From NCBI GenBank assembly GCA_963664395.2, contig OY761159.2, positions 1,408,001 through 1,472,000 of the forward strand: a DNA stretch of 64,000 bases, in the 5' to 3' direction. Positions 9,682 to 19,539 of this stretch are shown in pieces. The translations under genes were made by a program, and so were the position numbers. Position 1 is the stretch's first letter. Each line of letters starts with the position of its first letter. The notes under the pieces were generated by a model. That model saw only the letters and a program-made list of their open reading frames with translations, searched no databases and was not told where the DNA came from. The DNA comes from Candidatus Binatia bacterium (GTDB taxonomy: Bacteria > Desulfobacterota > Binatia > Bin18).

Positions 9682-11046
9682 TCAGGCCACCTCCCCTCGC
9701 GCGCACAGGATAACCCGCCGGATCACCTCGAAGTTTGTCACCAGCGCGATCACGATCAGGATGAGCAGCGGCTGGTCGAGAAGCGCGCCGAGAAAGATGA
9801 TGAACACCCGGACATCGCGGCCCAGCCGAAAATAGGGCACGTCCGCGAGCTTCCGCGCCATCCACCCGTCATATTTGTCCGCAGTGTAGCTGTTCATGTA
9901 CGCACCGACGATAGCCGCGAAACCGATCACTACCAGCGCCAGGTGCACGCCGTTGGGCGCGAGCTCGTGCCACATGAGACCGAACAACAGAAAGGCGTCG
10001 GCGTAGCGGTCGAGGATCGCATCGAACCAACCGCCAAAATCGCTTTGCATTCGTTTGAGCCGCGCGACCTCGCCGTCGCAACCATCGATGATCGAGGCGA
10101 GTTGCGCGATCACCCCACCGGCCGCAAGCGCCGGGTAGCCACCGACTGCGAACAATGCGGCACCCATGCAAGACAGGCCCCAGGAAACCACGGAGATCTG
10201 GTTCGGAGTCATCGGTGTGCGCACCAGGTAGCGCGTCAGCCAACGAGAGACCGGCCGGTTGAAGCGACGCGAGACCGGACCGTCGCGGGTCTTGCCCGCC
10301 TGCTCGCGCAGCAGCCGGCGCTCCGCCTCGCGCCAAGCCTCGGGCGTGTCAATATCGAGCCACGATTGGCCGGTCACATCGACGGCTCTCGCCTGTCTCT
10401 TCTTCGCGAGCGCCCGCAGACCGTCGGACAATCCGCCCTGACCCTTCGCTGCCGCCTGCTCGAGCCCTTCGAACAGCCCCGAGGTGCAAAGCATGACGCC
10501 GGTGTCACCCGCCTGCCACACTTCGAGGTGCTTCCCGATTGCCTCAATGCGCTCGCTGCTGATCTGCACCCGGGTGACGTCGTCGACATCGAAGATACCG
10601 CCCTTGTCACGGTCTACGGCGAGGCAGAGCTCCCCGGGCGCGGGTGGGTCGCGCACCAGCGCCTGGGGAATTTTCTCATCGAAAAGATGGTCGCTCATGA
10701 CCAGGAAAAAGGGCGCATCGCCGGTGCGGCCCTTTGCAGAGAGTGCGCTCGCGCCGTTACCCTGTCGCCAGTCCATGGCTTCAGCAAACTCGACCTCGAC
10801 CCCCCGACGCCGGGCGATGTCGGTGAAATGTGCCCTCACCGTCTCGGCTTCAAAGCCAAGGGTGATGATGAAACGCCGGATGTTCGTGGCCTCGCGCAGC
10901 GCACAGATGACCCGCTCGGCGAGCGTCAACCCGAGCACCTTCGTCAAGGGCTTCGGCGTTTTCGTGCTCGGGTAAAGCCGAGCACCTTCGCCCGCGGCGA
11001 GAATAACCGCGACCTTCGGGGCCGCCGTCTGCCTAATGCGCATCAC
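9682..11046 (-). CDS. Bifunctional CTP:inositol-1-phosphate cytidylyltransferase / CDP-alcohol phosphotransferase (IPCT/DIPPS)
   Basis: N-terminal ILAAGEGARL..PKPL, MSDH and WLDIDTPE nucleotidyltransferase motifs; linker DGPVSRRFNRPVS; TPNQIS and the CDP-alcohol motif DGCDGEVAR...GGWFDAILDRYAD. Confidence 0.88.
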   Translation of the reverse strand: MMRIRQTAAPKVAVILAAGEGARLYPSTKTPKPLTKVLGLTLAERVICALREATNIRRFIITLGFEAETVRAHFTDIARRRGVEVEFAEAMDWRQGNGASALSAKGRTGDAPFFLVMSDHLFDEKIPQALVRDPPAPGELCLAVDRDKGGIFDVDDVTRVQISSERIEAIGKHLEVWQAGDTGVMLCTSGLFEGLEQAAAKGQGGLSDGLRALAKKRQARAVDVTGQSWLDIDTPEAWREAERRLLREQAGKTRDGPVSRRFNRPVSRWLTRYLVRTPMTPNQISVVSWGLSCMGAALFAVGGYPALAAGGVIAQLASIIDGCDGEVARLKRMQSDFGGWFDAILDRYADAFLLFGLMWHELAPNGVHLALVVIGFAAIVGAYMNSYTADKYDGWMARKLADVPYFRLGRDVRVFIIFLGALLDQPLLILIVIALVTNFEVIRRVILCARGEVA

Positions 11047-11941
11047 CGCTCAATCGATCCACGATTTGAGCAGAGAGCGCCCGGTTCGATGCCGCGACCA
11101 AGGCGATGCCATCGGTCAATCCATGCGCCACCGAGAGTGGCGCCCCATCGAGCCCCACCACGCACCCTCCGGCCTCGATCAACAGGCGTGCAGCGGCGAG
11201 ATAGCTCTCAGGGGTCAGTCTTTCGCGCACATCGACATGCGCGTCCACCGCGCCAGCGGCAACCAAGGACACGGCCCGCGATGCGCAGCCGTAACTGCGA
11301 ACCCCCCTCGCGTCGGCCATCATTCGTGCGAGGTTACGCGAAGGTGCGAAGTGGTTTAGCTCCACCGAAATCACCGCGTCCGCGATGCAACGAACCCCCG
11401 AGGTTGCGAGCCGTGCGGCACCGCGCCAAGCTCCCGCACCCTGCTCCGCCACCAGGGGGACCAGCTTATCGAGCGGACCGACCATCGCCGATTCCACGGA
11501 CTCGGGATGCAACGGTGCATTGATGGGCATCACCGCGCAAGCCAAGGCAGAGAGCGGAAGGCCCCGAGCCCAGTTGTCCGACCCATCCACGGGATCGAGG
11601 ACCAGTCGGTGACGAGGCGTCCCGACGCCGAATTCGAACGGCTCTGCCTCTTCGGATTCAACCCTGAGCGGCACAGAGAGCCGCGCTAGAAACTCGAGCG
11701 CGGCATCGTTAGCAGCGAGGTCGAATACCTTGACCGCGTCACCTTTTGCGTTGGTGATCCCAGCGCCTTCCCGGCCAGTTTTCAATACCGCGCGGCGTAC
11801 CACGCGGTGGAGCGCAATCAGTCGCTGCGTCCACGGGCGTTCGAAGGCTGGTGCCGAGCCGCGGCCTGAGCCCGTGTTGCCGCGCGCGCGCCTCGCTAAC
11901 TGCGGAACGGTAGGGTTATGAGTCAAGAGCACCTGCTTCAC
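11033..11941 (-). CDS. Inositol monophosphatase / FBPase-family protein (start uncertain)
   Basis: SEE, VLDPVDGSDN, RSYGCAS and AAARLLIEAGG motifs; lies between ino1 and IPCT/DIPPS and overlaps the latter. Confidence 0.82.
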   Translation of the reverse strand: MKQVLLTHNPTVPQLARRARGNTGSGRGSAPAFERPWTQRLIALHRVVRRAVLKTGREGAGITNAKGDAVKVFDLAANDAALEFLARLSVPLRVESEEAEPFEFGVGTPRHRLVLDPVDGSDNWARGLPLSALACAVMPINAPLHPESVESAMVGPLDKLVPLVAEQGAGAWRGAARLATSGVRCIADAVISVELNHFAPSRNLARMMADARGVRSYGCASRAVSLVAAGAVDAHVDVRERLTPESYLAAARLLIEAGGCVVGLDGAPLSVAHGLTDGIALVAASNRALSAQIVDRLSGDAH

Positions 11942-11945
11942 CGAC

Positions 11946-13055
11946 TCACTCAAGCCCGCTGACGGCCCCATCCATCCCCTCGATAAATGCATCGGTCAGC
12001 TCACGGGCAACGGAATCGCGCATCTGTTTACTCGGGCTCTTCATGTAGTAGGCGCTTGCCGCCACCAGCGGGCCACGCATGCCCCGCACCAGTCCGAGTT
12101 TTGCGCAGCGCACCGCATCGATGACCACGCCGGCACTGTTCGGTGAATCTTCGACCGAGAGCCGCAACTCGACCTCCATCGGCACATCGCCGAAGCCGCG
12201 TCCCTCCATGCGGATGAAACACACCTTGTTGTCGTCCTGCCACGCCACGTAGTCGGAGGGCCCGATATGGATGTCCGCATTGGCCAACCGCTCGTCGAGT
12301 TGCGACTGGACGGACTCTGTTTTGGAGAGTTTCTTGGACTTCAGACGGTCGAGTGCCAGCATGTTGAGGAAGTCCGTGTTGCCGCCGGTGTTGAGCTGAT
12401 AGGTCCGATCCAGGCGCACGCCCCGATCCCCGAACAAACGTGCGAGCACTCGGTGCACGATGGTGGCACCGACCTGACTCTTGATGTCGTCGCCGAGGAT
12501 GGGCAAGCCCGCCTCGTGAAACTTCCGTGCCCAGCCGGGATCGGATGCGATGAATACGGGCACACAGTTGACCATCGCCAACCCGGCATCGAGGCACACC
12601 TGGGCGTAGTGGTGCACCGCCTCCTCCGAGCCCACCGGCAGGTAGCAGATCAGGATCTCGGCCTGCGCTTCCCGGACCACCTGGACGACATCGACCGGCT
12701 CGGCGTCGGCTGGCCTGAAGGCCTCATCATCAGCATAGTCCGCCATGTGTGGCGCCACGCCGTCGAGAATCGGCCCCATCTGCACCGTGACCCCCGAGGC
12801 GGGTAGCACGTTTTGGAATACCGTGGTGCAGTTGGGCTTGGCAAAAACAGCTTCCTCCAGCGGCCGGCCGACCTTGCGGTGGTCGATATCAAAGGCAGCA
12901 ACCACTTCGATGTCGCTAACGCTCCAGCCACCGATTCTTGGATGCATGAGACCGGCGAACTTGCTGGTGCTACGGCCTCTGTAATACTCGAGCCCCTGGA
13001 CCAAGGCGCTGGCGCAGTTGCCGATGCCGGCAATTGCCACTTTAATTTTTTGCAT
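11946..13055 (-). CDS. ino1: myo-Inositol-1-phosphate synthase
   Basis: IAGIGNCASALVQG, GDDIKSQVGAT, QLNTGGNTDFLNM, HIGPSDY, EDSPNSAG; GGAGG RBS upstream of ATG at 13055. Confidence 0.95.
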   Translation of the reverse strand: MQKIKVAIAGIGNCASALVQGLEYYRGRSTSKFAGLMHPRIGGWSVSDIEVVAAFDIDHRKVGRPLEEAVFAKPNCTTVFQNVLPASGVTVQMGPILDGVAPHMADYADDEAFRPADAEPVDVVQVVREAQAEILICYLPVGSEEAVHHYAQVCLDAGLAMVNCVPVFIASDPGWARKFHEAGLPILGDDIKSQVGATIVHRVLARLFGDRGVRLDRTYQLNTGGNTDFLNMLALDRLKSKKLSKTESVQSQLDERLANADIHIGPSDYVAWQDDNKVCFIRMEGRGFGDVPMEVELRLSVEDSPNSAGVVIDAVRCAKLGLVRGMRGPLVAASAYYMKSPSKQMRDSVARELTDAFIEGMDGAVSGLE

Positions 13056-13340
13056 GAGTTCACTCTTCCTCCATTGGACTTCCTCGGCCGCTCGGTCGGG
13101 GAGACCCGCTTGTTCCGTTGTCGATGCATGAACTGGCCGAGCCAGGCATGAAGCCATACCCGGGCCGCACTCAGGCATGGAGCCCGGTGGTGATCCCCCA
13201 CGGCGTGCGGCTTGGTGCGGTGTCTGAGAGCGACCGCCACCGATGGTACTGTCGCCCTCAACACATGCACATTAACGGAAAACCGTACCTATAACAACAC
13301 CTGTAAGTATCGCTCGGTAGCGTCCCAAGCGCCATCGGCC

Positions 13341-13481
13341 CTACATCTCGTTACGGAGGGTGGCTCGAGGGCGGAGCCGCGCGAGGATGGGTTCAAGCGC
13401 CGTCTCAAGATCGTCCTCCCAGAACTCCTGGGCAGTCGCGGTACCTGCTTGCTCGAGGGAGTCCACCGTGAATTGGGTCAT
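13341..13481 (-). other. Short 46-codon ORF, possibly the truncated 5' end of a gene
   Basis: GGAG-containing RBS then MTQFTVDSLEQAGTATAQEFWEDDLETALEPILARLR..., immediately after the LexA remnant. Confidence 0.3.
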
Positions 13482-13511
13482 TGTTCTTCTTTCTCCGTCC
13501 GTCGTACGGGG

Positions 13512-13740
13512 CTATTTGTGGTGCGTCGCCACCACCTTGCCCAGAATCCTCAGCTCATCTTCAGGTCCGACCGTGATCGGTCGGTGGCGGGTGTTTTCCG
13601 GTCTCAACTCGATTGTGTCGTCTCCAATGTAGAGACGCTTCACGGTTGCCTCCTCGCCCAGCAGCGCTACGACGATGTCCCCGCTCTCCGCCAGCTACCG
13701 CCGCCGAACCACGACGAGGTCCCGGTCGTGGATGCCGCAC
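13512..13740 (-). pseudogene. LexA/S24 peptidase C-terminal remnant
   Basis: Manual translation gives GIHDRDLVVVRRR*LAESGDIVVALLGEEATVKRLYIGDDTIELRPENTRHRPITV...LRILGKVV. There is an in-frame TAG at 13695-13697, and no GDSM motif or HTH upstream. Confidence 0.75.
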
Positions 13741-14162
13741 GAAGACGGAACGGTCGCCAGGAGCCGTTGGAGTCCGCTCGGCATCGCACGGGGGCGATGC
13801 CGCCGGCACCCACAACGGGCTCCGCTCTCACGGCCACGGCGGCTGTCTGGTGATCGGCCGGACCCCTGTGGTCCGACCTGCTCGCTGACCGCGCGGGCTC
13901 TGGCGCTGCCGGTCACGCCCTACGACCCGGAGGTCAATTACCGCCGGGTGCGCGGCAAGTGGTGGGGCATGGGGATAGAATGAGGAGCCCTCACAGGGGA
14001 GATGATGGGCCATGCCCACGCCAGAAAGGGGCCGGGGAGCGACTGAGAGGAAAGAGAACTGGCTTATGAAGGTTCATGAAGGTATGACATATAGTCAATA
14101 ATCCTTTCTTTATTGATTATGGTAAGGCAAACCAATATATTGAAAGGTATTAGGAGCACAGT

Positions 14163-14396
14163 ATGATTGAATCCTCCGTCACGAAGAAGGGGCAAACGAC
14201 ACTGCCCAAGCCTGTTCGGGAGTCACTTGGCCTGCAAGCCGGGGACCGGGTGCGCTACGTCATTTCCGACGGCGAGGTGCGCATTTTGCCCGTGCGTCCC
14301 ATCAGTCGGCTGTTCGGCGCGCTCCAGCATAACGGTCCCGCCGTCACGTTGGAGAAAATGGAGCAGGCCGTAGCCGACGGGGCATGCGAGGGATGA
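14163..14396 (+). CDS. AbrB/MazE/SpoVT-family antitoxin
   Basis: SSVTKKGQTTLPKPVRESLGLQAGD; overlaps the PIN toxin start (ATGA). Confidence 0.9.
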   Translation: MIESSVTKKGQTTLPKPVRESLGLQAGDRVRYVISDGEVRILPVRPISRLFGALQHNGPAVTLEKMEQAVADGACEG

Positions 14397-14785
14397 TCGC
14401 ACTCGACACCAACGTCCTCGTGCGCTATCTGGTCCGCGACGATGTGCAGCAGGCAGACGCCGCCCGCGCACTCCTGGAGTCGCTTACGGCCGAACGTCCC
14501 GGCTACGTATGCCGTGAGGTGACGGTCGAACTCGCCTGGGTGCTGGAACGGGCCTATGGCTTCTCCCGTGACCGGATTGCGACGATATTGGAAGAACTCG
14601 TGGCAACCGAGGGGCTCGTGGTTGAGGAGGCCAACGATGTAGCCCGTGCGGCGTTCCGGTATCGAGCGGGTGGCGCTGGATTTTCCGACCTGATGATCCT
14701 GGCGGCGGCCGAACGGTCCGGAGCCCAGCCGCTGTACACCTTCGATCAGAAGGCCGCACGACTTGAGGGTGTGTCGCTGCTGTAG
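14393..14785 (+). CDS. vapC: PIN-domain (VapC) toxin
   Basis: MIALDTNVLVRYL, ELAWVL, FSDLMI, YTFD. Confidence 0.9.
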   Translation: MIALDTNVLVRYLVRDDVQQADAARALLESLTAERPGYVCREVTVELAWVLERAYGFSRDRIATILEELVATEGLVVEEANDVARAAFRYRAGGAGFSDLMILAAAERSGAQPLYTFDQKAARLEGVSLL

Positions 14786-14836
14786 CGTCCAGGCTAGACC
14801 GGTTCTCGATAGTCTCTCGCCGTGCAGGGGGCTCCT

Positions 14837-14888
14837 GTCATGCCGGACGTGATCCGGCATCCAGAGGGCGGAGGGGTCGGGAGCCTGC
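14837..14888 (+). repeat. REP-like palindromic repeat, truncated copy
   Basis: GTCATGCCGGACGTGATCCGGCATCCAGAGG...GGGAGCCTG; 30 of 31 nt match 28555-28585. Confidence 0.8.
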
Positions 14889-14918
14889 TGCTCGCGAGAG
14901 CGAGTCCGAGCCCAATCA

Positions 14919-15602
14919 TCAGATATCCTGTTCGAGGATTTGGCCGTTATCCCTCAGCCAGCTTCGCGCCTTTTCCAGCGTTGGCGCATGCGTCCGAACG
15001 ACATTCCAGAATCGGGGGGTATGATTTGCTTCGAGCAGATGGGCGAGTTCGTGCACGATGACGTAATCGACCACGAACATGGGCGCTTTGATCAATCGCC
15101 AGTTCAGGTTCACGTTGTTCTTGACAGTGCATGAACCCCAGCGGAAACGATTGTCCACAATCTTCGCGCTGGCAAACTCCACCCCGAGCATAGCCGCAAT
15201 GGATTTTACTTCTGGAAGAATCCTCTCTTTCGCACGGTTGACGTACCAGTTGCGAAGCACACTTTGTCGTTCGCCCGCCAGGGAAGCCGGGATGAAGAAA
15301 CGCTGCTCGAAGCGTATCTCCGTCGAGTCGGTCGGGATGACTTCAATTTGGTACTCACGGCCAAGATAGAGCGCGGATTCACCGCTTACCAGCTCCTTAC
15401 CAGGCGGATGAGGCCGTTCTTCGTACTTCTGGGCATGCTTCCTCTTCTCATAAATCCACTGACGTTTCGACTCAACAACTTCCCGGATCGTCTCTTCGGA
15501 CGTGGACTCGGGTGCATGAACGACGACGCTCCGGTCCCGTTCGACTGTTATCGTCAGCTTCCGACGTTTCGGCGAGCGTTTGATGGTGTAGGCCGTATCC
15601 AT
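14919..15602 (-). CDS. YgjP/M48-like zinc metallohydrolase associated with type I R-M
   Basis: RWGSC, NWRLIKAP..VVDYVIVHELAHL..NH..RFW; 2 nt downstream of hsdR. Confidence 0.88.
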   Translation of the reverse strand: MDTAYTIKRSPKRRKLTITVERDRSVVVHAPESTSEETIREVVESKRQWIYEKRKHAQKYEERPHPPGKELVSGESALYLGREYQIEVIPTDSTEIRFEQRFFIPASLAGERQSVLRNWYVNRAKERILPEVKSIAAMLGVEFASAKIVDNRFRWGSCTVKNNVNLNWRLIKAPMFVVDYVIVHELAHLLEANHTPRFWNVVRTHAPTLEKARSWLRDNGQILEQDI

Positions 15603-15604
15603 GC

Positions 15605-18600
15605 TTACTCCGCATAGAGAATGATGTCATTATTCTTTTCCGCGATCTCCATCACGCGGCTGATTATTGTGTTGTACTTCTTCGTGAGATTTGGCAGCTT
15701 CACAAACGACGGCTGGAGAAGCGTCTTCTGAATCTCGGCCTTCAACTTGTTGCGCGCGGGAATGGCCTCCCAAAATCCGACCAGCTTCAGCTCCTGCTCG
15801 ATCACCAGTGAGACACTCTGCGTCAACGCAACCAAGTGGCTGATTTTGTCGTCCTCGCTCAATCCGTAACGTGGACTCGTTTCCGCCACCCTCAATTCGT
15901 CAGCGCCCTTAACCATGTCCACGTCAAACAGCTCGCGTCGAAACATACGAAAGAACGGCATCTGCTTTTTGCGGTGCAGCCCGTAGGTCGGCTCCTTGTT
16001 CGCGTTGACGATACGCTGCCGCAGTTTCTCCAGTTCTTCGTAAATCCTTTTCCAGTTATCCCGGAACTCTTGAAATATCTGCGCGAGTGCTTCCGCGAAG
16101 GACGCTTGCAAGTCCGGATCGTCATCCAACTCAATATCGAGGTGGTGGCGGATAGCGTGTTCTACCTCTGCCGCTTTGGTTTTTGTACGGCGGCGCTGAT
16201 CGACGTTCTTTTGGAAGTCCTCGTCCAGAATCGAAATCGGCTTGACCTTCTGATCAATGCTCTTCGACTCCAGGTATGTATCCGTGATTGCACGCAGCTT
16301 CGGCGGGATGCCTTTCATGCTGAGGCGTTCATCTCGAAAGTGCTTGCCGGCGAGGACGTTGATTTCAGCGAGGGCGTTGTAATCGTTCATAAACGCCAAC
16401 GCTTGCCGCGCGGGGAAGACGAGGTTCAGGCATTTGGTAAACTTCTTGAACGCCTGCATGTAGTCAAAGCGCAGGTCCTCGTCATAAAACACATCATAGA
16501 AAGCGTCGTGGTCCGTCAGGTCCGTCAGGCCATGCTGTTCAAGCAAGGCCATAATCGCGGCATGGCTGTCCTCAAGGTTTTGCAACTCCTCTTCGGGAAA
16601 GCTGAGGGCGTCGATAATTTTCTTTTGTTCTCGCTCGTCATAAGCGTCGATGGCTTTCCTGAGATGATGACCAATGCCGACGTAGTCAACCACGAAGCCT
16701 TTGTCCTTCGTGTCGCCTTCAACTCGGTTCACCCGAGCAATGGCCTGTAAGAGGTTGTGGTCGGTGATGACCCTATCCAAATACATGACCTGTTCCACGG
16801 GAGCATCGAAACCCGTGATGAGCATGTTGTTGACAACGAGGATGCCCATGTCCCCGCTGACGCCTTCATCTTCACTCCCGAAGGCCTTCTTAAAACTCTT
16901 GATACTGCGTTCGTGCCTGGTCTGGTCAGCGTGTGCCTTGAGGTACGGCCGGTCGTTGTTTTCGCTAGAGATCACGACATCGGTTTGCAGCCTCTTTAGC
17001 TGCTCCAGGTCAAGGCCGTTCGGGTTTGATGTTTCCAACTCGGCAACGGCTGCACCCAGGGCGGCGTCGAGGTGCTTCTTGTAGCGTACCGCTGCTTCGC
17101 GCGATGTGGCCACCACCTGGGCCTTGTAGCCGTTCGGAAATACATGGGTCAGGTAGTGCTTGACCATATCCTTGGCCTTGGCTGCAATCGTGGGTTCTGC
17201 CTCCAGGTAGGCATCTCGGGACCCGTAGCCCAGGATTGCCATCCTTTGCTGAAGGTCGTGGTCGCTGAACGCATCTGCAAACGCCGCATCCATGCCTTCC
17301 TGGTCGGATATTTCCGCGTTGTGGGTGCGGCCCTCGTAGACGATCTCCAGGGTGACGCCATCGCATATAGACTCTCGCATGGTGTACTTGTCGATGTACT
17401 CACCGAAGACGCGTTCGGTCTTGTCAATCGGCGTGCCGGTATAACCGATCTTTGTAGCGTTCGGGATGGCCCTATCGAGATTCGCTCCGAGCTTCTTGTA
17501 TTGGGAACGATGGGCTTCATCGGTCATGACCAGGATGTTGGGGCTGTCATTGAGTTGTGGGAAGGTTTCGTTCAGATCCGCTTCCTGGAACTTGTGGATC
17601 ATGGCCATGACCAGGTCCGAGGTGTCGGCCCGGAGCAGGTCCTTCAGTTCGCTGATCCTATTGGCCGTCTTCACCGTGAAACCGATACTTTGGCTGGTCT
17701 CGCTCAATTGGTCTTCGAGCTGCGTCCGGTCGGTAACGAAGACCACTTTCCAGTTGGCCAATTGGGCGTGGCGGTACATTTCACGCACCATGAACATCAT
17801 GGTGAGCGATTTGCCCGAGCCCTGGGTGTGCCAGATGATGCCACTCCGTTCGCGCGGGTTCCTGCCCTCCAGCAATCGCTTCACGGCCAGCTTGACCGCG
17901 CGAAACTGCTGGTAGCGTCCGACGATCTTGATGGTCTGCCCTCTGTCGTTGGTCGAAAACAGAGTGAACGTGCGGATAAGATCAAGCAGGTTGTTTTTGT
18001 CCATCATCCCGGCGACCAACCGCTGCTGGTCGTTTGGGCTGCCTGCGCCATGATCGAGATCGTTGACCGTTCTCGGATGGGGGTCGGTCCAGCGGTAGAA
18101 ATGCTTTTCACTATGCGTGGTGATCGTCCCGAACTTGGCCTCCTGGCGACAGGTGGCGACCACAAACTGATTGAAATAAAAGAGCGGCGCACTTCCTTCG
18201 CCTGTGACACCACGCTGCTCGCTGTAGCGCAGCATCTGGTCGATGGCCTCGGGGATGGCGTCCTTCACCTTGGGCGACTTGCATTCAATCAGGACCACGG
18301 GCAGGCCATTCACGAACAACACAGCGTCCGGGATGATGTGGTGCTCGGTGCCCAGGATACGGACCTTGCATTGGCACACGGCAATAAAGCGATTGTTGGC
18401 GCGATTCTTGAAGTCGATAAAGCGTACGGTCGGGCTATTCTCGCCCGTCTGCCGGTTCTCGTTGACGCTGGTGTTCTCCAGAAGGAGGCGAAGGACGTGC
18501 TTGTTGTTCTCGATTAACCCGCCGGGGGAGCTCGCGGTGAGTTGCCTGACGACTTCTTCGACCTGATCGTCTTCCAGCCACGGATTGATGACTGTGAGCT

Positions 18601-18784
18601 GTTCTCGCAGTACCGGCAGCATGACGACTTCGGTAAAGTTCTCTCGAAACGTATCAGCGGGCTTCTGCTGCTTGTCGGTCAGGTCGATGATCTCCCAGCC
18701 CAGGCCGTGTAACTGCTCAAGGAGGGGCATCTCGACGTGGTTACGTTCGTCCATGCGAAGGGACTGCGCCCTCATAGTCATCAC
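15605..18784 (-). CDS. hsdR: Type I restriction endonuclease subunit R
   Basis: PDAVLFVNGLPVVLIECK nuclease, HTQGSGKS Walker A, DEAHRSQY, TGTP, TGFDAP, QAIARVNR. Start could be 18775 or 18754. Confidence 0.95.
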   Translation of the reverse strand: MMTMRAQSLRMDERNHVEMPLLEQLHGLGWEIIDLTDKQQKPADTFRENFTEVVMLPVLREQLTVINPWLEDDQVEEVVRQLTASSPGGLIENNKHVLRLLLENTSVNENRQTGENSPTVRFIDFKNRANNRFIAVCQCKVRILGTEHHIIPDAVLFVNGLPVVLIECKSPKVKDAIPEAIDQMLRYSEQRGVTGEGSAPLFYFNQFVVATCRQEAKFGTITTHSEKHFYRWTDPHPRTVNDLDHGAGSPNDQQRLVAGMMDKNNLLDLIRTFTLFSTNDRGQTIKIVGRYQQFRAVKLAVKRLLEGRNPRERSGIIWHTQGSGKSLTMMFMVREMYRHAQLANWKVVFVTDRTQLEDQLSETSQSIGFTVKTANRISELKDLLRADTSDLVMAMIHKFQEADLNETFPQLNDSPNILVMTDEAHRSQYKKLGANLDRAIPNATKIGYTGTPIDKTERVFGEYIDKYTMRESICDGVTLEIVYEGRTHNAEISDQEGMDAAFADAFSDHDLQQRMAILGYGSRDAYLEAEPTIAAKAKDMVKHYLTHVFPNGYKAQVVATSREAAVRYKKHLDAALGAAVAELETSNPNGLDLEQLKRLQTDVVISSENNDRPYLKAHADQTRHERSIKSFKKAFGSEDEGVSGDMGILVVNNMLITGFDAPVEQVMYLDRVITDHNLLQAIARVNRVEGDTKDKGFVVDYVGIGHHLRKAIDAYDEREQKKIIDALSFPEEELQNLEDSHAAIMALLEQHGLTDLTDHDAFYDVFYDEDLRFDYMQAFKKFTKCLNLVFPARQALAFMNDYNALAEINVLAGKHFRDERLSMKGIPPKLRAITDTYLESKSIDQKVKPISILDEDFQKNVDQRRRTKTKAAEVEHAIRHHLDIELDDDPDLQASFAEALAQIFQEFRDNWKRIYEELEKLRQRIVNANKEPTYGLHRKKQMPFFRMFRRELFDVDMVKGADELRVAETSPRYGLSEDDKISHLVALTQSVSLVIEQELKLVGFWEAIPARNKLKAEIQKTLLQPSFVKLPNLTKKYNTIISRVMEIAEKNNDIILYAE

Positions 18785-18800
18785 TCCCGTAGCACCAGCG

Positions 18801-19088
18801 TCACGAAACCGCGGCTGGCACCTCGCCTTCGATCACGCGCCCTTTGACGCTTTCCACTACCGAGATGTCGTATCCGCTTTGCAGGTTCATCCAGAATGCC
18901 GGGCCGGTTCCAAGGTAGCGGCCGAGGCGCACGGCAGTCTCGGCTGTGACCGCCCGTTCGCCCCGCAGGATGGCGGTAATCCGGTTTGCAGGTACCCGGA
19001 TAGCGAGTGCAAGCCGGTTTGCGCTCATGCCTCTCGCTTCCAGTTCCGCCCGCAGTACCCGACCGGGATGTGTCTTCACTCGCGTCAT
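18801..19088 (-). CDS. higA: HigA-family antitoxin (HTH); no higB adjacent
   Basis: HPGRVLR..GMSANRLA..VPANRITAI..TAETAVRL...FWMNLQ..YD. Confidence 0.9.
   Translation of the reverse strand: MTRVKTHPGRVLRAELEARGMSANRLALAIRVPANRITAILRGERAVTAETAVRLGRYLGTGPAFWMNLQSGYDISVVESVKGRVIEGEVPAAVS
19052..19086 (+). repeat. 35-bp direct repeat, copy 1 (5' end of higA)
   Basis: GCAGTACCCGACCGGGATGTGTCTTCACTCG-C-GTC; 34/35 identical to 19871-19905. Confidence 0.92.
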
Positions 19089-19137
19089 AGCCTGCCTCCC
19101 GATTTCGTCCTTAAACTGCTCTGAAGATGGCGGTCAC

Positions 19138-19539
19138 TCATGGCGACTTCGCTTCCTGCAGAACCTGAAAACCGAGCACCTCCGCAACGGCGCCTTGCCG
19201 GGCGTCGAGCGTGGCGAACGAAAGACTGCCAGATTGGGGAGCGACATAAAGGGCCGTCGCGAGATGCCATAGGTCGGCGCCCCGCAAGTAGGCTGTTTCG
19301 AGCACTGTTGCGAACTCGGGAGCAAGCGTCCTATCGGGCAGAATCCATTCGATCCCCGCGATCGCACTTTCTTGAAAGATCAGATTCTCGCGGGCGAACG
19401 ACGCCCGCAGTTCGGCTTCGAGCAGGTTTGAAGAGATCAGGCGAGTGAATTCGTCCAGCCGCTGCGCGTGCGCTGCCGCACCCGGTTCGTCGAAGGCGAT
19501 GGCCGCCAACACCGAGGTGTCAACGTACGCGATGCTCAT
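19138..19539 (-). CDS. vapC: PIN-domain (VapC) toxin
   Basis: AYVDTSVL, LLEAE, LRGADLWHLA, FATLD. Confidence 0.88.
   Translation of the reverse strand: MSIAYVDTSVLAAIAFDEPGAAAHAQRLDEFTRLISSNLLEAELRASFARENLIFQESAIAGIEWILPDRTLAPEFATVLETAYLRGADLWHLATALYVAPQSGSLSFATLDARQGAVAEVLGFQVLQEAKSP

Noticed and set aside
9625-11523. 632-aa plus-strand ORF
   Set aside because: Antisense shadow of IPCT/DIPPS and IMPase; Arg/Pro-rich with no motifs, as expected in high-GC DNA.
13056-13300. Riboswitch in the ino1 leader
   Set aside because: GC-rich hairpins are possible, but no known aptamer consensus or terminator was recognised.
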